Positions 12,726 through 22,884 of a stretch of 64,000 nucleotides of DNA are shown one piece after another. Position numbers and translations under genes: made by a program. Numbering within the stretch: the stretch's first letter is position 1; each line of letters begins with the position of its first letter. The stretch is taken from positions 52,576,001 to 52,640,000 of the forward strand of contig NC_086382.1 of NCBI RefSeq assembly GCF_036588685.1. Reading direction: 5' to 3'. The notes beneath the pieces are model-generated. The model made no database searches. It had not been told where the DNA came from and saw only the letters and a list, made by a program, of their open reading frames with translations. The stretch comes from Mytilus trossulus (taxonomy: Eukaryota).

Positions 12726-15700
12726 TTAATTGACAATTTCACATCCATACACTTCCACTCGCATTCCTGGTTTGGTTTGATATGTTCTTGGTATGAACCG
12801 GATATATCTGGCCGTAACCGGCTGAAGAAATGCATGTTTTATTACACTGTTCACACTGCTACTGCCAGTAAATTCCTGTAAAAAGGAAAATGCAAGTAAA
12901 TTGTCAAATAATACAAAACAATTATTTAACTGGTAGATTCTGTATTCTTGTATTATGAATATATTTATTTAAAAAAAATGGATAGTCTTGTATACAACTT
13001 TCAAAATTTACCCCGAAAACCATAGTCAGGTGGTGATTGAAGGGGTATTGTAAAATCCTGACTATTGAAAAACAAATAAAAGAAAAAAGAAAAAAAAAGT
13101 ATTTAACTGGTGTACGCTCGGATAGTCATTTAGAAAGAACCTATTATATTACGGAGTAGTATTAATAACAACAGTATTATATTTACAAATTGTTTATTAT
13201 GTATATAATTAGAATCAATCACTTAGGGAAAGAACGAACACCTTTAAAATTAAACAAAAACCTCAGCAAAAATACAACATGAAAGTGTATTGTAGTTAAC
13301 AATTATTTTTTTTCTTCAAATCGCTAAAACTATCAGGTCGACTTCACATGCATTAACATATAAAGAAATGTATGTGTGTTATGGGTAATAACAGAAGCAC
13401 TATGTTTACCATTGCAGATGTTCCATTGACAACATTGGTAAAGGTATTTCCATCAACACTGTACTGTACCCTGAAGGTCTTGATGTAGCTTGACGATGAC
13501 TGACCTTGGGTTGCTACTCCATAAACAGATGTAGGATGACCTATGTCAACCTGTAATTTTAAAGTTTTGTTTTATTGGCAAGTTTTATGTAGAAATAACT
13601 GAGCACTAAAATGAAATGAATATGAAGAAACTTTCATTTTCGAGAATCTGCTATTTTCTACATGTACGATCATTAAAATATTTGATGAATAAGTTATACT
13701 AGCCTGTAACCAAGAGCCTGTATTGGTACCAGACCAGCCACGTGGGTTGTTTAGTCTTCCATCAGAAGCAGGGTGATCTCCTGAAGCGTAATGGGAAGAC
13801 AGCTGAGCATCTGGTATGGTCTTAACGCCGTTATCTACACCGACAGCTTTACTTCTACAATCTGTACAAAAAATATTGATGTCAATTTTTTGGTTTTTGC
13901 TGGGAAATTTGATTAACAGATAATAACTTTTAAAGAAATTTAGTATAAACCCTATTTGTAAAAAGAAAAATCACAAAAATACTGAACTTGCAGGAAAATC
14001 AATTCGGAAAGTCCATAATAACATGGCAAAATCGAATAACAAAACACATAAAAAACGAATGGATAAGAACTGTCATATTCCTGACTTGGTACAGGCATTT
14101 TCAAATGTAGAAAATGGCGGGTTAAACCTGGTTTTATAGCGCTAACCATCTACTTTTAAGTTTTAATATAATTAGATGTGCGATTAATAAAACAAGGATC
14201 CTGATCATACACTTGGAAGTTTTCAAAGTTGATATCCTTATGACCACTAATATATATAAATATTAAAATAAAACGTACCAAACTGACATGATGATCCACC
14301 ATAAGGATTTGTACAGTTACACTTATAATCATCTATAGCATCTTCACATTTTCCATTGTACTGACAGGGATTACTATTGCACTGGTTCTTCTCTGAAAAT
14401 ATAACAAGATTCGGTATTCTTACTAGCATCATACAGAATTGAGTTTAACACTTGTAGAATCCCATTTAGCGCATATTATTTTATTTGCAATTCATGAGAC
14501 TCTAAATACGTTCATAAGAGTAGTTTCCTCTAACAGCCTTTTCATAACATCATCAAACAGTTGCCAGTCGTAAAAAAAATTACATATTAATCAGTATGCG
14601 TAATCAAGTAAACCAACAACAAGTGATACACTAAAAAGGGTCTTTAAACAACATGCTCTTTGTCAATTTTTTTTTATCAAAATATAGCGGAAACAAAAAT
14701 GACGAATTGCATAATATGAACTTAAAGAAATGTTATGTTTAAAATATTCTTCTAAAATCTTATCAGTAAACAGAACTATGACACCATTTTGCAAATTCTG
14801 TATGGAAAATCGAGTTAAAAAAGCCAAATACTATTATAACGTAGGACAATCAAAAATATTCTACACGGAAGGGACAAAATTTTACATGTTCCCGCGTATG
14901 ATCAAAACAGTATACCCCTTGTGTCGATTGAAAAGATCTGATCAGCATATTTGCCATGAGCGTCAGTAACACGAATGCCAAACTCGTACGTTGCATCTAC
15001 ATCCGGTGCATTTCCAGTTAATCGACCTGTAGTCTTGTCAAGGTGTACACCTGGAGGGAAAGCTCCAGATACTTTCTCAAATCTCATTTTGCCACCTTCG
15101 GGATCCTGTAAAGATATTGAATCGATAAACATAGTAATACGGCGACCAAATAATATATGATAACTTGAATTCGAACATTGAAATTAAAATATTTAAAATT
15201 TTGAGGTAATTAAAAAAATTCAGTACTACATTTTAAAATGTAAATAAAAATTGTGAATGGAAATGGGGAATGTGTCAAAGAGACAACAACAAAGACTGTT
15301 ACCCTGTTTATCAGTTCTTTTGATCCCTTCGTAAACGAATATATTTCCAATCTTTATTATGATATTTACGTTTCTGTTCAAGTTTTATAACTGAATACAA
15401 GTAATAATTAATAATAATATATAAAAAAAATCTTTATCCAGAATCCACTTTTATAAATGTTACAATTGTTCATTCGGAGAACTAAGTGCCCAATGCTTAC
15501 AATTGCTTCTAACAATAAGTTGACTGACTGTCCTCCGGCAAACACTCCAAGACTGCCATGTGCTGAGTTAACCTTCCATGTCGGTGGTAAACTGTTAACT
15601 ATCTACAAAGAATATATATAGTAAGTTTTTTAACTATTCTTATGAGAGCGTTGTAATATTTTTCAAAATGTGTATGTCATTGTTACAAATATCATTTTAA

Positions 15701-17515
15701 CATGACTAGAAATGACGTTGTTGTCCATTCGTTGGACCAAAATGTATGTTGTTAAATTCACAGAACACTCAAAATGAGGTCTACAATCAATGTGTTGTGG
15801 CCTTACCCTCATTTGACTTTAAAACGTTTAAATAACCCACGGCTAAGCTTTTGTCTAAGCTAGGTTCACATAATAAACGAAGCAATAAGACTTCTAGGCC
15901 AAAGGAACCATACTTCCCGTTTTTAACTTTCGTCGGAGTTCAGTATTTTCGTGAATTTACTTTTTGCACAAACATCTTTTTTTATAAAAGTGTAAATAAG
16001 TTATGATTCATGATTCGCCGACATGATATAATATATGGCTTGTTATAACAAATTGTTAGGTGTTGGTTTGATCAATTCGGTCCACTTTTCTGTAATAAAA
16101 ATTAAAATGTGCTTCTTTTTTGGAAGAATTGAAAAAGAAAAAAAGAACATGTATGAGGGTCCGACCAGATAATGTGCAGCATATGCTTTTCTGTTATAGT
16201 TTCTCAAATAACTATACCTCAAATAATTTAAGCATATCTGTATGTCCAATGTAAACAGTGCCATTTCCATTTGGCTTCATAAAGATGTTGCCTTGCTGAG
16301 GTCCTGCCTTCAAAATTAGAAAAGACTATAGTGCAAATGTACGTGAATGATATGTCATAACAATAGCATATTTGTAATCGCTCTTTGGTCATTACTCTAT
16401 GTCTTTTCCAAATGAAACATTAACAGAATAGCCTAGTCGGACAGTTCGTCGTCTTAATCTTATTACATTTTTTTTGGTATTAATGTATGCTAAAAATTCC
16501 CTTAGCCATCAATGATTTCCCTTTTAATATGACAATATGAAAAAAACTATCAAATTTTACTCAGACATGTTAGGCATCTTTTAGACAATAGTAGGTAAGC
16601 AGTTACTTAAATTGTATTGAATATGTTTAATACTTTGTAACGTTATTACCTGTATTGTAAGATTGCCTCCCTTTTCTGCTGTAATGTACACATTAGGATA
16701 TTGTATGTCAAAGAAACTGAAAATAAAAAGGATAAACAGAAAGTTATACTCAATTTTTGAAGATTAAACTAATGAAATGAACGTTATAACAAAAACAAAT
16801 AAACATATACAAAAAATGAAAATGTATAATACAGTGCAAGGTATGAATGAATAAACATTAAATAAAAAAAATTACGAAAAAAGAGACACAAAGGATACCA
16901 AATGGATATTCGACCTCATAATAGGAAAACAAAGGATATGGATTATTTATCCATGATATAAAATCAGTACATGCTCAACAAAAAAAACCACAAAAGTCGA
17001 AAAATAGAATTCCAACGCAATTGCAAAAAAACAAACAAAAGTAAAAAAAAAAAACACGCACAAACTAACAACAGTACATAGTACACGAAACACAACACAG
17101 CGAACCAAAAGAATGAGCAAGATGAACCCCAGTTAAAACGTGAGGCAATCTTAAATGTTCCAAAAGGGTAACCACTGTTGAGAGAGATTTGACAATAAAA
17201 AAGTCAAATAAAAAAAAAAACGTACACACTAATCCATTTTGTGCGCTCTACAAAACCGGTCTCTATAAATTGTTTTATTCACATTCACTAAAGACAAATA
17301 TGAGAAATCTATAATCAAATTAAAACAAATTATTTAATTCAGATTTTTTAAATTTAAAATTGTCGATTTACCATCAATGAATATATAAAAGCATCTGTAT
17401 GTTATGTATGCCTTGTTAATATTTTTATAAAATATTGTTATATTATAAAAAGTTCTTACCTCGCATAAATTGTCAAGAAGCATGAAGATAATATCAAAAC
17501 GCTGGTGGTAGCCAT
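12726..17515 (-). CDS. Paralog 2: same architecture (355 aa, 9 exons; intron 7 predicted GC-AG)
   Basis: Minus-strand exons 17515-17460, 16716-16650, 16307-16218, 15602-15501, 15105-14916, 14392-14279, 13861-13704, 13550-13410, 12875-12726; 1068-nt open frame. MATTSVLILSSCFLTIYA.., YPNVYITAEKGGNLTIQAGPQQGNIFMKPNGNGTVYIG, LPPTWKVNSAHGSLGVFAGGQSV..AIDPEG..SGAFPPGVHLDKTTGRLTG..YEFGIRVTDAHGKYADQIFSI, EGF CNSNPCQYNGKC, F5/8C WLQVDIG..GVATQG..ARYIRFIP..MRVEVYGC. AATAAA on the minus strand at 12704-12699. Confidence 0.9.
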
Positions 17516-17841
17516 TTTTTGTGATTTTGGCAATATATGTCTAACTAACGTTTAGATATCAGTAATTCATAAACTGTTGTTATCTAAGAAACCAAACTAT
17601 GGTATATTACGATAGTGCATCTGAGCTAAAAATAGGGACGACGTAGGAAAACGACCAGTAATAAATAACTTCGATAAGATTTGAAAAATAATGAAGCAGC
17701 AACCCAATAAGACTAATATAATGAGCACAAATAAAATATTAACCCAATAATAAAAGGCATCAAAATTACTTTATAAGAGTATGACAGGTCACCCAAATTT
17801 TATAGATTGATTTCTTGTTTGTTTAAAGTAATTTCTTTGTC

Positions 17842-20800
17842 AGCTTTATCGTGGTGGTCAGTTTTTTTAATTAATGGAGAAGCTTTATCTTGGTGGTCAG
17901 CTTTTTTTTATTAATGGAAAAGCTTTATCGTGTTAGGCAGGTTTTTTTTATTAATGGAGAAGCTTTATCGTGGTGGTCAGGTTTTTTTATTAATGGAGAA
18001 GCTTTATCGTGGTGGTCACTTTTTTTTTTTTATTATTAATGGAGAAGCTTTATCGTGGTGGTCAGTTTTTTTATTAATGGAGAAGCTTTATCGTGGTGGT
18101 CAGTTTTTTTTTTATTATTAATGGAGAAGCTTTATCGTGGTGGTCACTTTTTTTTTTATTATTAATGGAAAAGCTTTATTGTGATGGTCAGTTTTTTTTA
18201 TTAATTGAGAAGCTTTATCGTGGTGGTCACTTTTTTTTATTAATGGAGAAGCTTTATCGTGATGGTCAGTTTTTTTTTATTAATGGAGAAGCTTTATCGT
18301 GGTGGTCAGTTTTTTTATTAATGGAGAAGCTTAATCGTGGTGGTCAGTTTTTTTCTTAATGGAGAAGCTTTATCGTGGTGGTCAGGTTTTTTTTTGTCTT
18401 AATGGAGAAGCTTTATCGTGGTGGTCCGTTCTTTTTTTTTAATTGAGAAGCTTTATCGTGGTGGTAATTTTTTTTTATTAATGGAGAAGCTTTATCGTGG
18501 TGGTCAGTTTTTTTTTTTATTAATGGAGAAGCTTTATCTTGGTGGTCAGCCTTTTTTATAAATGGAGAAGCTTTATCGTGGTGGTCAGTTTTTTTATTAA
18601 TGGAGAAGCTTAATCGTGGTGGTCAGTTTTTTTTTTATTAATGGAGAAGCTTTATCGTGGTGGTCAGTTTTTTTTATTAATGGAGAAGCTTTATCGTGGT
18701 GGTCACTTTTTTTTATTATTATTAATGGAGAAGCTTTATCGTGGTGGTCAGGTTTTTTTTTTAATAATGGAGAAGCTTTATCGTGGTGGTCAGTTTTTTT
18801 ATTCATGGAGAAGCTTTATCGTGGTGGTAAGGTTTTTTATTAATGTAGAAGCTTTATCGTGGTGGTCAGTTTTTTTTATTAATGGAGAAGCTTTATCGTG
18901 GTGGTCAGTTTTTTTATTAATGGAGAAGCTTTATCGTGGTGGTCAGTTTTTTTTATTAATGGAGAAGCTTTATCGTGGTGGTCAGTTTTTTTATTAATGG
19001 AGAAGCTTTATCGTGGTGGTCAGTTTTTTTATTAATGGAGAAGCTTTATCGTGGTGGTCAGGTTTTTTATTAATTGAGAAGCTTTATCGTGGTGGTCATT
19101 TTTTTTATTAATGGAGAAGCTTTATCGTGGTGGTCATTTTTTTATTAATGGAGAAGCTTTATCGTGGTGGTCAGTTTTTTTTATTAATGGAGAAGTTTAT
19201 CGTGGTGGTCAGTTTTTTTTATTAATGAAGAAGCTTTATCGTGGTGGTCAGTTTTTTTATTAATTGAGAAGCTTTATCGTGGTGGTCAGTTTTTTTATTA
19301 ATGGAGAAGCTTTATCGTGGTGGTCAGGTTTTTTATTAATGGGGAAGCTTTATCGTGGTGGTCAGTTTTTTTATTAATGGAGAAGCTTTATCGGGGTGGT
19401 CAGGTTTTTTATTAATGGAGAAGCTTTATCGTGGTGGTCAGTTTTTTTTTATTAATGTAGAAGCTTTATCGTGGTGGTCAGTTTTTTGTTATTAATGGAG
19501 AAGCTTTATCGTGGTGGTCAGTTTTTTTATTAATGGAGAAGCTTTATCGTGGTGGTAAGGTTTTTTATTAATGTAGAAGCTTTATCGTGGTGGTCAGGTT
19601 TTTTTATTAATGGAGAAGCTTTATCGTGGTGGTCAGTTTTTTTATTAATGGAGAAGCTTTATCGTGGTGGTCAGGTTTTTTTTATTAATGGAGAAGCTTT
19701 ATCGTGGTGGTCAGTTTTTTTATTAATGGAGAAGCTTTATCGTGGTGGTAAGGTTTTTTATTAATGTAGAAGCTTTATCGTGGTGGTCAGTTTTTTTTTA
19801 TTAATGGAGAAGCTTTATCGTGGTGGTCAGTTTTTTTTTATTAATAGAGAAGCTTTATCGTGGTGGTCAGTTTTTTTATTAATGGAGAAGCTTTATCGTG
19901 GTGGTCAGGTTTTTTATTAATGGGGAAGCTTTATCGTGGTGGTCAGTTTTTTTATTAATGGAGAAGCTTTATCGTGGTAGTCAGTTTTTTTTCTTATTAA
20001 TGGAGAAGCTTTACCGTGGTGGTCAGTTTTTTTTTATTAACGGAGAAGCTTTATCGTGATGGTCAGGTTTTTTATTAATGGAGAAGCTTTATTGTGGTGG
20101 TCAGGTTTTTTATTAATGGAGAAGCTTTATCTTGGTGGTCAGTTTTTTTTATTAATGGAGAAGCTTTATCGTGGTGGTCAGTTTTTTTAGTAATGGAGAA
20201 GCTTTATCGTGGTGGTCACTTTTTTATTAATGGAGAAGCTTAATCGTGGTGGTCAGTTTTTTTAGTAATGGAGAAGCTTTATCGTGGTGGTCACTTTTTT
20301 ATTAATGGAGAAGCTTTATCGTGGTGGTCAGTTTTTTATTAATGGAGAAGCTTAATCGTGGTGGTAAGTTTTTTTATTAATGGAAAAGCTTTATCGTGGT
20401 GGTCAGTTTTTTTATTAATGGAGAAGCTTTATCGTGGTGGTCAGTTTTTTTATTAATGGAGAAGCTTTATCGTGGTGGTCAGTTTTTTTATTAATGGAGA
20501 AGCTTTATCGTGGTGGTCAGTTTTTTTTATTAATGAAGAAGCTTTATCGTGGTGGTCAGTTTTTTTTTTATTAATGGAGAAGCTTTATCGTGGTGATCAG
20601 TTTTTTATTAATGGAGAAGCTTTATCGGGGTGGTCAGGTTTTTTTATTAATGGAGAAGCTTTATCGTGATGGTCAGTTTTTTTTATTAATGGAGAAGCTT
20701 TATCGTGGTGGTCAGTTTTTTTATTAATGGAGAAGCTTTATCGTGGTGGTCAGTTTTTTTTATTAATGGAGAAGCTTAACGTGGTGGTCAGGTTTTTTTT

Positions 20801-21276
20801 ATTAATGGAGAAGCTTTATCGTGGTGGTCAGATTTTTATTAATGGAGAAGCTTTATCGTGGTGGTCAGTTTTTTTATTAATGGAGAAGCTTTATCGTGGT
20901 GGTCAGGTTTTTTTATTAATGGAGAAGCTTTATTGTGGTGGTTAGTTTTTTTTCTTATTAATGGAGAAGCTTTATCGTGGTGGTCAGTTTTTTTATTGAT
21001 GGAGAAGCTTTATCGTGGTGGTCAGGTTTTTTATTAATGGAGAAGCTTTATCGTGGTGGTCAGTTTCTTATTAATGGAGAAGCTTTATCGTGGTGGTCAG
21101 TTTTTTTTATTAATGAAGAAGCTTTATCGTGGTGGTCAGGTTTTTTTATTAATGGAGAAGCTTTATTGTGGTGGTCAGTTTTTTTATTAATGGAGAAGCT
21201 TTATCGTGGTGGTCAGTTTTTTTATTAATGGAGAAGCTTTATTGTGGTGGTCATTTGTTTTTATTAATGGAGAAGC
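17842..21276 (+). repeat. Tandem satellite, ~36-42 bp unit (AGCTTTATCGTGGTGGTCAG-Tn-ATTAATGGAGA), roughly 90 copies
   Basis: Directly visible. Unit length varies through the poly-T tract, and most monomers carry a HindIII site (AAGCTT). Copy number is estimated as length/38. Confidence 0.97.
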
Positions 21277-21414
21277 CAGAGAGAACAACCGACCCCAAAC
21301 TGGGAATCCTAACCCTGATGCAACTGCCACTTACTGAATTCGTCATAAACAGTGCAAACATCGAGCTGATCTCATTCCATAAAATGAAGTAATTAAGAAA
21401 CGTCGAGTGAACTT

Positions 21415-21841
21415 AAGGCCGTAGTTTTTTATTTTTAGTTTTACGAACCCTCCTACCCTAATTTTTTGCCAAATAGGAAAAAAAAAAAAAAAAAAATGTT
21501 GATTTTTATTTATTTTTTCTCCTCCGACCAAGTGTTTTTCATGCAAAAAAAAATAAATTTTAGTTCATAACTGCATGAAAGAATCTAAATTTATGCTCTT
21601 GGTGATTTAGTAAGTTGTTGCACATTGATTTTCAATTCAAACCTTGTCAAGAAAAAAAAAATAGTTGTTACACTAGTAGAAAATCTCCTGGTGAAATAAT
21701 TAAAAAAAAATTGATATTGACGGTTGGTATTAAAAAAAATCAGCAGCAGTAGCAGCAGTTTTTTTGTTTTTTTTTCGTCCTCCTACCCATTGGTTTTGTC
21801 AAAAAATTTCGTAAAACTAAAAATATAATAACTATGGCCTA
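21415..21841. mobile_element. MITE with ~30-bp imperfect TIRs
   Basis: AGGCCGTAGTTTTTTATTTTTAGTTTTACGA ... TCGTAAAACTAAAAATATAATAACTATGGCCT, with an internal direct repeat TCCTACCC near both ends. Confidence 0.7.
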
Positions 21842-22884
21842 ACAGTGATCGAAATGACAACAACACACAAACAAAACATAAGTACAAATGTATATGCCTC
21901 AAATCATGCTATTTAATGTTTGACTGAGTCACTAGTATTGTAAATATTCAAACCATTATTGCATTCATCATTCGCTTATGCAGAATCTTTGCAAATCGAC
22001 AGTCAACTTTTTTGTTGGCTTGTTTAAACATATATATATATATATATGTTTTGAAGACCGTCATACCATTATGTAAATCCGGTTAAAAGAGATGAGGGTT
22101 TCTCTCCAAACCACATATAGAGTTGGTTTATTTATAAATATATATTTATTATTTTTCTTGAGGGGGGGGGGTGGGTGGGGGGGGGGAATTTGATTGGCAA
22201 AGGTTTATAATGATATGCAACTGCATATTGCAAACATTGAAAATTCTTGACAAACACATGCAAATCCTTATCTGATCATTACTCTCTCACTCTATCTATC
22301 CAATTAGCAAACTGTTTAAAGACTCGCTACTTTTTATATGAAAGGGAAAATCAAAACTTCTACAAATAAGTCTTACAGAATAAGTTTTTAAATCTTTAAT
22401 TTCTTGTTTCTCAAAAAAAAATCTGTTAACCTGAAATTTTTTAAATCTTGACAACATAAAAATGATTTTGGTCATTGTACACAATGGCAAGGTATATTAG
22501 GAAAAACAGAGAAGAAAGCAAGGTCATTCAGATGTTTTTGCACCTTACAGAAATATACTGCTACTTCCTAGTTCATTAATCCAAAGTTCATATCCACCTA
22601 GAAACTAAGGTTTTTCAACTTGTTTATAACCTCAACTTCAAAGCAACTAAAACAAACACATGTGACATTTATCATCGTCAAAACTTAATAAATGGATTAA
22701 AATTCATATTATCTCAGAAACATAATTATGAATATATCTCTGTCTAAGTTTTAGGTCGTCAGTCCGTAACTGCGTACTTATGTTTTCTTAAACAAGGTAG
22801 AAAAGGCCGGCACCTAACATTAACAGACAGCTGAAGTTCCGCCTTCCAAAAATTACGCTCATCTAACGAAGAATTGATTCAAAG

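Noticed and set aside
17842-21276. CRISPR-like array, or coding ORFs (MEKLYRGGQFF.. / INGEALSWWSV..)
   Set aside because: There are no unique spacers, only poly-T length variation; no cas genes; eukaryotic context. The ORFs are translations of the satellite with constant frameshifts.
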